Positions 15,401 through 30,400 of a stretch of DNA of 64,000 nucleotides are shown here, piece after piece; position 1 is the first letter of the stretch, and every line of letters starts with the position of its first letter. Source of the stretch: Eledone cirrhosa (taxonomy: Eukaryota); the NCBI GenBank assembly GCA_964016885.1, contig OZ024743.1, positions 249,178,001-249,242,000 of the forward strand, read 5' to 3'. The position numbers were made by a program, and so were the translations under genes. The notes beneath the pieces are model-generated. The model saw only the letters and a list, made by a program, of their open reading frames with translations, ran no database searches and had not been told where the DNA came from.

Positions 15401-18400
15401 AAAGTGTTAACTACATAGACAACAGTAATATGTTAACTACATAGACAGCAGTAATATGTTAACTACATAGACAACAGTAATATGTTAACTACATAGGCAA
15501 CAGTAATGTGATGTCTATATAGGCATAAGTAATGTGTTAACTACATAGACAACAGTAATGTGTTAACTACATAGACAACAGTAATGTGTTAACTACATAG
15601 GCAACAGTAAAGTGTTAACTACATAGGCAACAGTAATGTGTTAACTACATAGAGAACAGTAATATGTTAACTACATAGGCAACAGTGATGTGTTAACTAC
15701 ATAGACAACAGTAATATGTTAACTACATAGACAACTGTAATGTGTTAACTACATAGACAACTGTAATGTGTTAACTACATAGACAACAGTAATATGTTAA
15801 CTACATAGACAACAGTAAAGTGTTAACTACATAGGCAACAGTAATGTGTTACCTACATAGGCAAGAGTGATGTGTTAACTACATAGACAACAGTAATGTG
15901 TTAACTACATAGGCAACTGTAATATGTTAACTACATAGACAACAGTAATATGTTAACTACATAGACAACAGTAATGTGTTGACTCCATAGGCAACAGTAA
16001 TGTGTTACCTACATAGACAACTGTAATGTGTTAACTACATAGACAACAGTAATATGTTAACTACATAGACAACTGTAATGTGTTAACTACATAGGCAACA
16101 GTAATGTGTTAACTACATAGACAGCTGTAATGTGTTAACTACATAGGCAACAGTAATGTGTTAACTACATATACTACAGTAATATGTTGACTACATAGAC
16201 AACTGTAATGTGTTAACTACATAGGCAACAGTAATGTGTTAACTACATAGGCAACTGTAATATATTAACTACATAGACAACAGTAATATGTTAACTACAT
16301 AGACAACAGTAATGTGTTAACTACATAGGCAACAGTAATGTGTTAACTACATAGACAACAGTAATATGTTAACTACATAGACAACAGTAATGTGTTAACT
16401 ACATAGACAACAGTAATGTGTTAACTACATAGACAACTGTAATGTGTTAACTACATAGACAACAGTAATATGTTAACTACATAGACAACTATAACGTGTT
16501 AACTACATAGGCAACAGTAATGTGTTAACTACATAGACAACTGTAATGTGTTAACTACATAGGCAACAGTAATGTGTTAACTACATAGACAACAGTAATA
16601 TGTTGACTACATAAAAACTGTAATGTGTTAACTACATAGGCAACAGTAATGTGTTAACTACATAGGCAACAATAATGTGTTAACTACATAGACACAGTAA
16701 TGTGTTAACTACATAGGCAACAGTAATATGTTAACTACATAGGCAACAGTAACGTGTTAACTACATAGGCAACAGTAATATGTTAACTACATAGACAACA
16801 GTAATGTGTTAAGTACATAGACAACAGTAATGTGTTAACTACATAGACAACAGTAATGTGATGTCTATATAGGCAATAGTAATGTGTTAACTACATAGAC
16901 AACAGTAAAGTGTTAACTACATAGACAACAGTAATATGTTAACTACATAGACAACAGTAATGTGTTAACTACATAGGCAACTGTAATATGTTAACTACAT
17001 AGACAACAGTAAAGTGTTAACTACATAGACAACAGTAATATGTTAACTACATAGACAACAGTAATATGTTAACTACATAGACAACAGTAATATGTTAACT
17101 ACATAGGCAACAGTAATGTGATGTCTATATAGGCATAAGTAATGTGTTAACTACATAGACAACAGTAATGTGGTAACTACATAGGCAACAGTAATATATT
17201 AACTACATGGGCAACAGTAAAGTGTTAACTACATAGGCAACATTAATATGTTAACTACATAGACAACAGTAATGTGTTAAGTACATAGACAACAGTAATG
17301 TGTGAAGTACATAGACAACAGTAATGTGTGAAGTACATACACAACAGTAATGTGTTAACTACATAGGCAACAGTAATATGTTAACTACATAGGCAACTGT
17401 AATATGTTAACTACATAGACAACTGTAATGTGTTAACTACATAGACAACAGTAAAGTGTTAACTACATAGGCAACAGTAATGTGTTAACTACATAGACAA
17501 CAGTAATATGTAAACTACATAGGCAACGGTAACGTGTTAACTACATAGGCAACAGTAAAGTGTTAACTACATAGGCAACAGTAAAGTGTTAACTACATAG
17601 ACAACTGTAATGTGTTAACTACATATGCAACAGTAATGTGTTAACTACATAGACAGCTGTAATGTGTTAACTACATAGGCAACAGTAATGTGTTAACTAC
17701 ATATACAACAGTAATATGTTGACTACATAGACAAATGTAATGTGTTAACTACATAGGCAACAGTAATGTGTTAACTGCATAGGCAACTGTAATATATTAA
17801 CTACATAGACAACAGTAATATGTTAACTACATAGAAAACTGTAATGTGTTAACTACATAGGCAACAGTAATGTGTTAACTACATAGACAACAGTAATATG
17901 TTAACTACATAGGCAACAATAATGTGTTAACTACATAGACACAGTAATGTGTTAACTACATAGGCAACAGTAATATGTTAACTACATAGGCAACAGTAAA
18001 GTGTTAACTACATAGGCAACAGTAATATGTTAACTACATAGACAACAGTAATGTGTTAAGTACATAGACAACAGTAATGTGTTAACTACATAGACAACAG
18101 TAATGTGTTAACTACATAGACAACAGTAAAGTGTTAACTACATAGGCAACAGTAATGTGTTAACTACATAGACAACAGTAATATGTAAACTACATAGGCA
18201 ACAGTAATGTGTTAACTACATAGGCAACAGTAAAGTGTTAACTACATAGACAACAGTAAAGTGTTAACTACATAGGCAACAGTAATGTGTTAACTACATA
18301 GGCAACAGTAATGTGTTAACTACATAGACAACAGTAATGTGTTAACTACATAGGCAACAGTAATGTGTTAACTACATAGACAACAGTAAAGCGTTAACTA

Positions 18401-21400
18401 CATAGACAACAGTAATGTGTTAACTACATAGACAACAGTAAAGTGTTAACTAAATAGACAACAGTAATATGTTAACTACATAGACAGCAGTAATATGTTA
18501 ACTACATAGACAACAGTAATATGTTATCTACATAGGCAACAGTAATGTGATGTCTATATAGGCATAAGTAATGTGTTAACTACATAGACAACAGTAATGT
18601 GTTAACTAAATAGACAACAGTAATGTGTTAACTACATAGGCAACAGTAAAGTGTTAACTACATAGGCAACAGTAATGTGTTAACTACATAGAGAACAGTA
18701 ATATGTTAACTACATAGGCAACAGTGATGTGTTAACTACATAGACAACAGTAATATGTTAACTACATAGACAACTGTAATGTGTTAACTACATAGACAAC
18801 TGTAATGTGTTAACTACATAGACAACAGTAATATGTTAACTACATAGACAACAGTAAAGTGTTAACTACATAGGCAACAGTAATGTGTTACCTACATAGG
18901 CAAGAGTGATGTGTTAACTACATAGACAACAGTAATATGTTAACTACATAGACAACAGTAAAGTTTTAACTACATACGCAACAGTAATGTGTTAACTACA
19001 TAGACAAGAGTAATGTGTTAACCACATAGACAACAGTAATGTGTTAACTACATAGGCAACAGTAATGTGTTAACTACATAGGCAACTATAATATGTTAAC
19101 TACATAGAGAACAGTAATATGTTAACTACATAGACAACAGTAATGTGTTAACTACATAGACAACAGTAATGTGTTAACTACATAGGCAACAGTAATGTGT
19201 TAACTACATAGGCAACAATAATGTGTTAACTACATAGACAACAGTAATGAGTTAACTACATAGGCAACTGTAATATGTTAACTACATAGACAACAGTAAT
19301 GTGTTAACTACATAGACAACAGTAATATGTTAACTACATAGACAACAGTAATATGTTAACTACATAGACAACAGTAATATGTTAACTACATAGGCAACAG
19401 TAATGTGATGGCTATATAGGCATAAGTAATGTGTTAACTACATAGACAACAGTAATGAGTTAACTACATAGGCAACAGTAATATGTTAACTACATAGACA
19501 ACAGTAATATGTTAACTACATAGACAACAGTAATGTGTTGACTCCATAGGCAACAGTAATGTGTTACCTACATAGACAACTGTAATGTGTTAACTACATA
19601 GACAACAGTAATATGTTAACTACATAGACAACTGTAATGTGTTAACTACATAGGCAACAGTAATGTGTTAACTACATAGACAGCTGTAATGTGTTAACTA
19701 CATAGGCAACAGTAATGTGTTAACTACATATACAACAGTAATATGTTGACTACATAGACAACTGTAATGTGTTAACTACATAGGCAACAGTAATGTGTTA
19801 ACTGCATAGGCAACTGTAATATATTAACTACATAGACAACAGTAATATGTTAACTACATAGAAAACTGTAATGTGTTAACTACATAGGCAACAGTAATGT
19901 GTTAACTACATAGACAACAGTAATATGTTAACTACATAGGCAACAATAATGTGTTAACTACATAGACACAGTAATGTGTTAACTACATAGGCAACAGTAA
20001 TATGTTAACTACATAGGCAACAGTAAAGTGTTAACTACATAGGCAACAGTAATATGTTAACTACATAGACAACAGTAATGTGTTAAGTACATAGACAACA
20101 GTAATGTGTGAAGTACATAGGCAACAGTAATGTGTTAACTACATAGACAACAGTAAAGTGTTAACTACATAGTCAACAGTAATGTGTTAACTACATAGGC
20201 AACAGTAATGTGATGTCTATATAGGCAATAGTAATGTGTTAACTACATAGACAACAGTAAAGTGTTAACTACATAGACAACAGTAATATGTTAACTACAT
20301 AGACAACAGTAATATGTTAACTACATAGACAACAGTAATGTGTTAACTACATAGGCAACTGTAATATGTTAACTACATAGACAACAGTAAAGTGTTAACT
20401 ACATAGACAACAGTAATATGTTAACTACATAGACAACAGTAATATGTTAACTACATAGGCAACAGTAATGTGATGTCTATATAGGCATAAGTAATGTGTT
20501 AACTACATAGACAACAGTAATGTGTTAACTACATAGGCAACAGTAATATATTAACTACATGGGCAACAGTAAAGTGTTAACTAAAGAGGCAACATTAATA
20601 TGTTAACTACATAGACAACAGTAATGTGTTAAGTACATAGACAACAGTAATGTGTGAAGTACATAGACAACAGTAATGTGTGAAGTACATACACAACAGT
20701 AATGTGTTAACTACATAGGCAACAGTAATATGTTAACTACATAGGCAACTGTAATATGTTAACTACATAGACAACTGTAATGTGTTAACTACATAGACAA
20801 CAGTAATGTGTTAACTACATAGACAACAGTAAAGTGTTAACTACATAGGCAACAGTAATGTGTTAACTACATAGACAACAGTAATATGTAAACTACATAG
20901 GCAACGGTAACGTGTTAACTACATAGGCAACAGTAAAGTGTTAACTACATAGGCAACAGTAAAGTGTTAACTACATAGACAACTGTAATGTGTTAACTAC
21001 ATAGGCAACAGTAATGTGTTACCTACATAGACAGCTGTAATGTGTTAACTACATAGGCAACAGTAATGTGTTAACTACATATACAACAGTAATATGTTGA
21101 CTACATAGACAAATGTAATGTGTTAACTACATAGGCAACAGTAATGTGTTAACTGCATAGGCAACTGTAATATATTAACTACATAGACAACAGTAATATG
21201 TTAACTACATAGAAAACTGTAATGTGTTAACTACATAGGCAACAGTAATGTGTTAACTACATAGACAACAGTAATATGTTAACTACATAGGCAACAATAA
21301 TGTGTGAACTACATAGACACAGTAATGTGTTAACTACATAGGCAACAGTAATATGTTAACTACATAGGCAACAGTAAAGTGTTAACTACATAGGATACAG

Positions 21401-24400
21401 TAATATGTTAACTACATAGACAACAGTAATGTGTTAAGTACATAGACAACAGTAATGTGTTAACTACATAGACAACAGTAATGTGTTAACTACATAGACA
21501 ACAGTAAAGTGTTAACTACATAGGCAACAGTAATGTGTTAACTACATAGACAACAGTAATATGTAAACTACATAGGCAACAGTAATGTGTTAACTACATA
21601 GGCAACAGTAAAGTGTTAACTACATAGGCAACAGTAAAGTGTTAACTACATAGGCAACAGTAATGTGTTAACTACATAGGCAACAGTAATGTGTTAACTA
21701 CATAGACAACAGTAATGTGTTAACTACATAGGCAACAGTAATGTGTTAACTGCATAGACAACAGTAAAGCGTTAACTACACAGACAACAGTAATGTGTTA
21801 ACTACATAGACAACAGTAAAGTGTTAACTACATAGACAACAGTAATATGTTAACTACATAGACAGCAGTAATATGTTAACTACATAGACAACAGTAATAT
21901 GTTAACTACATAGGCAACAGTAATGTGATGTCTATATAGGCATAAGTAATATGTTAACTACATAGACAACATTAATGTGTTAACTACATGGACAACAGTA
22001 ATGTGTTAACTACATAAGCAACAGTAAAGTGTTAACTACATAGGCAACAGTAATGTGTTAACTACATAGAGAACAGTAATATGTTAACTACATAGGCAAC
22101 AGTGATGTGTTAACTACATAGACAACAGTAATATGTTAACTACATAGACAACTGTAATGTGTTAACTACATAGACAACTGTAATGTGTTAACTACATAGA
22201 CAACAGTAATATGTTAACTACATAGACAACAGTAAAGTGTTAACTACATAGGCAACAGTAATGTGTTAACTACATAGGCAAGAGTGATGTGTTAACTACA
22301 TAGACAACAGTAATATGTTAACTACATAGACAACAGTAAAGTGCTAACTACATACGCAACAGTAATGTGTTAACTACATAGGCAACTATAATATGTTAAC
22401 TACATAGAGAACAGTAATATGTTAACTACATAGACAACAGTAATGTGTTAACTACATAGATAACAGTAATGTGTTAACTACATAGGCAACAGTAATGTGT
22501 TAACTACATAGGCAACAATAATGTGTTAACTACATAGACAACAGTAATGAGTTAACTACATAGGCAACTGTAATATATTAACTACATAGACAACAGTAAT
22601 GTGTTAACTACATAGACAACAGTAATATGTTAACTACATAGACAACAGTAATATGTTAACTACATAGACAACAGTAATATGCTAACTACATAGGCAACAG
22701 TAATGTGATGGCTATATAGGCATAAGTAATGTGTTACCTACATAGACAACTGTAATGTGTTAACTACATAGACAACAGTAATATGTTAACTACATAGGCA
22801 ACAATAATGTGTTAACTACATAGGCAACTATAATATGTTAACTACATAGAGAACAGTAATATGTTAACTACATAGACAACAGTAATGTGTTAACTACATA
22901 GACAACAGTAATGTGTTAACTACATAGGCAACAGTAATATGTTAACTACATAGACAACAGTAATGTGTTAACTACATAGACAACAGTAATATGTTAACTA
23001 CATAGACAACAGTAATATGTTAACTACATAGACAACAGTAATATGTTAACTACATAGGCAACAGTAATGTGATGGCTATATAGGCATAAGTAATGTGTTA
23101 ACTACATAGACAACAGTAATGTGTTAACTACATAGGCAACTGTAATATGTTAACTACATAGACAACAGTAATATGTTAACTACATAGACAACAGTAATGT
23201 GTTGACTCCATAGGCAACAGTAATGTGTTACCTACATAGACAACTGTAATGTGTTAACTACATAGACAACAGTAATATGTTAACTACATAGACAACTGTA
23301 ATGTGTTAACTACATAGGCAACAGTAATGTGTTAACTACATAGACAGCTGTAATGTGTTAACTACATAGGCAACAGTAATGTGTTAACTACATATACTAC
23401 AGTAATATGTTGACTACATAGACAACTGTAATGTGTTAACTACATAGGCAACAGTAATGTGTTAACTACATAGGCAACTGTAATATATTAACTACATAGA
23501 CAACAGTAATATGTTAACTACATAGACAACAGTAATGTGTTAACTACATAGGCAACAGTAATGTGTTAACTACATAGACAACAGTAATATGTTAACTACA
23601 TAGACAACAGTAATGTGTTAACTACATAGACAACAGTAATGTGTTAACTACATAGACAACTGTAATGTGTTAACTACATAGACAACAGTAATATGTTAAC
23701 TACATAGACAACTATAACGTGTTAACTACATAGGCAACAGTAATGTGTTAACTACATAGACAACTGTAATGTGTTAACTACATAGGCAACAGTAATGTGT
23801 TAACTACATAGACAACAGTAATATGTTGACTACATAGACAACTGTAATGTGTTAACTACATAGGCAACAGTAATGTGTTAACTGCATAGGCAACTGTAAT
23901 ATATTAACTACATAGACAACAGTAATATGTTAACTACATAAAAACTGTAATGTGTTAACTACATAGGCAACAGTAATATGTTAACTACATAGGCAACAAT
24001 AATGTGTTAACTACATAGACACAGTAATGTGTTAACTACATAGGCAACAGTAATATGTTAACTACATAGGCAACAGTAAAGTGTTAACTACATAGGCAAC
24101 AGTAATATGTTAACTACATAGACAACAGTAATGTGTTAAGTACATAGACAACAGTAATGTGTTAACTACATAAACAACAGTAATGTGTTAACTACATAGA
24201 CAACAGTAAAGTGTTAACTACATAGACAAAAGTAATATGTTAACTACATAGACAACAGTAATATGTTAACTACATAGACAACAGTAATGTGTTAACTACA
24301 TAGGCAACTGTAATATGTTAACTACATAGACAACAGTAAAGTGTTAACTACATAGACAACAGTAATATGTTAACTACATAGACAACAGTAATATGTTAAC

Positions 24401-27400
24401 TACATAGACAACAGTAATATGTTAACTACATAGGCAACAGTAATGTGATGTCTATATAGGCATAAGTAATGTGTTAACTACATAGACAACAGTAATGTGG
24501 TAACTACATAGGCAACAGTAATATATTAACTACATGGGCAACAGTAAAGTGTTAACTACATAGGCAACAGTAATATGTTAACTACATAGGCAACTGTAAT
24601 ATGTTAACTACATAGACAACTGTAATGTGTTAACTACATAGACAACAGTAAAGTGTTAACTACATAGGCAACAGTAATGTGTTAACTACATAGACAACAG
24701 TAATATGTAAACTACATAGGCAACGGTAACGTGTTAACTACATAGGCAACAGTAAAGTGTTAACTACATAGGCAACAGTAAAGTGTTAACTACATAGACA
24801 ACTGTAATGTGTTAACTACATATGCAACAGTAATGTGTTAACTACATAGACAGCTGTAATGTGTTAACTACATAGGCAACAGTAATGTGTTAACTACATA
24901 TACAACAGTAATATGTTGACTACATAGCCAAATGTAATGTGTTAACTACATAGGCAACAGTAATGTGTTAACTGCATAGGCAACTGTAATATATTAACTA
25001 CATAGACAACAGTAATATGTTAACTACATAGAAAACTGTAATGTGTTAACTACATAGGCAACAGTAATGTGTTAACTACATAGACAACAGTAATATGTTA
25101 ACTACATAGGCAACAATAATGTGTTAACTACATAGACACAGTAATGTGTTAACTACATAGGCAACAGTAATATGTTAACTACATAGGCAACAGTAAAGTG
25201 TTAACTACATAGGCAACAGTAATATGTTAACTACATAGACAACAGTAATGTGTTAAGTACATAGACAACAGTAATGTGTTAACTACATAGACAACAGTAA
25301 TGTGTTAACTACATAGACAACAGTAAAGTGTTAACTACATAGGCAACAGTAATGTGTTAACTACATAGACAACAGTAATATGTAAACTACATAGGCAACA
25401 GTAATGTGATGTCTATATAGGCATAAGTAATGTGTTAACTACATAGACAAGAGTAATGTGTTAACTACATAGACAACAGTAATGTGTTAACTACATAGGC
25501 AACAGTAAAGTGTTAACTACATAGGCAACAGTAATGTGTTAACTACATAGAGAACAGTAATATGTTAACTACATAGGCAACAGTGATGTGTTAACTACAT
25601 AGACAACAGTAATATGTTAACTACATAGACAACTGTAATGTGCTAACTACATAGACAACTGTAATGTGTTAACTACATAGACAACAGTAATATGTTAACT
25701 ACATAGACAACAGTAAAGTGTTAACTACATAGGCAACAGAAATGTGTTAACTACATAGGCAAGAGTAATGTGTTAACTACATAGACAACAGTAATATGTT
25801 AACTACATAGACAACAGTAAAGTGTTAACTACATACGCAACAGTAATGTGTTAACTACATAGACAAGAGTAATGTGTTAACCACATAGACAACAGTAATG
25901 TGTTAACTACATAGGCAACAGTAATGTGTTAACTACATAGGCAACTATAATATGTTAACTACATAGAGAACAGTAATATATTAACTACATAGACAACAGT
26001 AATGTGTTAACTACATAGACAACAGTAATGTGTTAACTACATAGGCAACAGTAATATGTTAACTACATAGACAACAGTAATGTGTTAACTACATAGACAA
26101 CAGTAATATGTTAACTACATAGACAACAGTAATATGTTAACTACATAGACAACAGTAATATGTTAACTACATAGGCAACAGTAATGTGATGGCTATATAG
26201 GCATAAGTAATGTGTTAACTACATAGACAACAGTAATGTGTTAACTACATAGGCAACTGTAATATGTTAACTACATAGACAACAGTAATATGTTAACTAC
26301 ATAGACAACAGTAATGTGTTGACTCCATAGGCAACAGTAATGTGTTACCTACATAGACAACTGTAATGTGTTAACTACATAGACAACAGTAATATGTTAA
26401 CTACATAGACAACTGTAATGTGTTAACTACATAGGCAACAGTAATGTGTTAACTACATAGACAGCTGTAATGTGTTAACTACATAGGCAACAGTAATGTG
26501 TTAACTACATATACTACAGTAATATGTTGACTACATAGACAACTGTAATGTGTTAACTACATAGACAACAGTAATGTGTTAACTACATAGACAACTGTAA
26601 TGTGTTAACTACATAGACAACAGTAATATGTTAACTACATAGACAACTATAACGTGTTAACTACATAGGCAACAGTAATGTGTTAACTACATAGACAACT
26701 GTAATGTGTTAACTACATAGGCAACAGTAATGTGTTAACTACATAGACAACAGTAATATGTTGACTACATAGACAACTGTAATGTGTTAACTACATAGGC
26801 AACAGTAATGTGTTAACTGCATAGGCAACTGTAATATATTAACTACATAGACAACAGTAATATGTTAACTACATAAAAACTGTAATGTGTTAACTACATA
26901 GGCAACAGTAATGTGTTAACTACATAGGCAACAATAATGTGTTAACTACATAGACACAGTAATGTGTTAACTACATAGGCAACAGTAATATGTTAACTAC
27001 ATAGGCAACAGTAAAGTGTTAACTACATAGGCAACAGTAATATGTTAACTACATAGACAACAGTAATGTGTTAAGTACATAGACAACAGTAATGTGTTAA
27101 CTACATAGACAACAGTAATGTGATGTCTATATAGGCAATAGTAATGTGTTAACTACATAGACAACAGTAAAGTGTTAACTACATAGACAAAAGTAATATG
27201 TTAACTACATAGACAACAGTAATATGTTAACTACATAGACAACAGTAATGTGTTAACTACATAGGCAACTGTAATATGTTAACTACATAGACAACAGTAA
27301 AGTGTTAACTACATAGACAACAGTAATATGTTAACTACATAGACAACAGTAATATGTTAACTACATAGACAACAGTAATATGTTAACTACATAGGCAACA

Positions 27401-30400
27401 GTAATGTGATGTCTATATAGGCATAAGTAATGTGTTAACTACATAGACAACAGTAATGTGGTAACTACATAGGCAACAGTAATATATTAACTACATGGGC
27501 AACAGTAAAGTGTTAACTACATAGGCAACATTAATATGTTAACTACATAGACAACAGTAATGTGTTAAGTACATAGACAACAGTAATGTGTGAAGTACAT
27601 AGACAACAGTAATGTGTGAAGTACATACACAACAGTAATGTGTTAACTACATAGGCAACAGTAATATGTTAACTACATAGGCAACTGTAATATGTTAACT
27701 ACATAGACAACTGTAATGTGTTAACTACATAGACAACAGTAAAGTGTTAACTACATAGGCAACAGTAATGTGTTAACTACATAGACAACAGTAATATGTA
27801 AACTACATAGGCAACGGTAACGTGTTAACTACATAGGCAACAGTAAAGTGTTAACTACATAGGCAACAGTAAAGTGTTAACTACATAGACAACTGTAATG
27901 TGTTAACTACATATGCAACAGTAATGTGTTAACTACATAGACAGCTGTAATGTGTTAACTACATAGGCAACAGTAATGTGTTAACTACATATACAACAGT
28001 AATATGTTGACTACATAGACAAATGTAATGTGTTAACTACATAGGCAACAGTAATGTGTTAACTGCATAGGCAACTGTAATATATTAACTACATAGACAA
28101 CAGTAATATGTTAACTACATAGAAAACTGTAATGTGTTAACTACATAGGCAACAGTAATGTGTTAACTACATAGACAACAGTAATATGTTAACTACATAG
28201 GCAACAATAATGTGTTAACTACATAGACACAGTAATGTGTTAACTACATAGGCAACAGTAATATGTTAACTACATAGGCAACAGTAAAGTGTTAACTACA
28301 TAGGCAACAGTAATATGTTAACTACATAGACAACAGTAATGTGTTAAGTACATAGACAACAGTAATGTGTTAACTACATAGACAACAGTAATGTGTTAAC
28401 TACATAGACAACAGTAAAGTGTTAACTACATAGGCAACAGTAATGTGTTAACTACATAGACAACAGTAATATGTAAACTACATAGGCAACAGTAATGTGT
28501 TAACTACATAGGCAACAGTAAAGTGTTAACTACATAGACAACAGTAAAGTGTTAACTACATAGGCAACAGTAATGTGTTAACTACATAGGCAACAGTAAT
28601 GTGTTAACTACATAGACAACAGTAATGTGTTAACTACATAGGCAACAGTAATGTGTTAACTACATAGACAACAGTAAAGCGTTAACTACATAGGCAACAG
28701 TAATATGTTAACTACATAGACAACTGTAATGTGTTAACTACATAGGCAACAGTAATGTGTTAACTACATAGACAGCTGTAATGTGTTAACTACATAGGCA
28801 ACAGTAATGTGTTAACTACATATACTACAGTAATATGTTGACTACATAGACAACTGTAATGTGTTAACTACATAGACAACAGTAATGTGTTAACTACATA
28901 GACAACTGTAATGTGTTAACTACATAGACAACAGTAATATGTTAACTACATAGACAACTATAACGTGTTAACTACATAGGCAACAGTAATGTGTTAACTA
29001 CATAGACAACTGTAATGTGTTAACTACATAGGCAACAGTAATGTGTTAACTACATAGACAACAGTAATATGTTGACTACATAGACAACTGTAATGTGTTA
29101 ACTACATAGGCAACAGTAATGTGTTAACTGCATAGGCAACTGTAATATATTAACTACATAGACAACAGTAATATGTTAACTACATAAAAACTGTAATGTG
29201 TTAACTACATAGGCAACAGTAATGTGTTAACTACATAGGCAACAATAATGTGTTAACTACATAGACACAGTAATGTGTTAACTACATAGGCAACAGTAAT
29301 ATGTTAACTACATAGGCAACAGTAAAGTGTTAACTACATAGGCAACAGTAATATGTTAACTACATAGACAACAGTAATGTGTTAAGTACATAGACAACAG
29401 TAATGTGTTAACTACATAGACAACAGTAATGTGATGTCTATATAGGCAATAGTAATGTGTTAACTACATAGACAACAGTAAAGTGTTAACTACATAGACA
29501 AAAGTAATATGTTAACTACATAGACAACAGTAATATGTTAACTACATAGACAACAGTAATGTGTTAACTACATAGGCAACTGTAATATGTTAACTACATA
29601 GACAACAGTAAAGTGTTAACTACATAGACAACAGTAATATGTTAACTACATAGACAACAGTAATATGTTAACTACATAGACAACAGTAATATGTTAACTA
29701 CATAGGCAACAGTAATGTGATGTCTATATAGGCATAAGTAATGTGTTAACTACATAGACAACAGTAATGTGGTAACTACATAGGCAACAGTAATATATTA
29801 ACTACATGGGCAACAGTAAAGTGTTAACTACATAGGCAACATTAATATGTTAACTACATAGACAACAGTAATGTGTTAAGTACATAGACAACAGTAATGT
29901 GTGAAGTACATAGACAACAGTAATGTGTGAAGTACATACACAACAGTAATGTGTTAACTACATAGGCAACAGTAATATGTTAACTACATAGGCAACTGTA
30001 ATATGTTAACTACATAGACAACTGTAATGTGTTAACTACATAGACAACAGTAAAGTGTTAACTACATAGGCAACAGTAATGTGTTAACTACATAGACAAC
30101 AGTAATATGTAAACTACATAGGCAACGGTAACGTGTTAACTACATAGGCAACAGTAAAGTGTTAACTACATAGGCAACAGTAAAGTGTTAACTACATAGA
30201 CAACTGTAATGTGTTAACTACATATGCAACAGTAATGTGTTAACTACATAGACAGCTGTAATGTGTTAACTACATAGGCAACAGTAATGTGTTAACTACA
30301 TATACAACAGTAATATGTTGACTACATAGACAAATGTAATGTGTTAACTACATAGGCAACAGTAATGTGTTAACTGCATAGGCAACTGTAATATATTAAC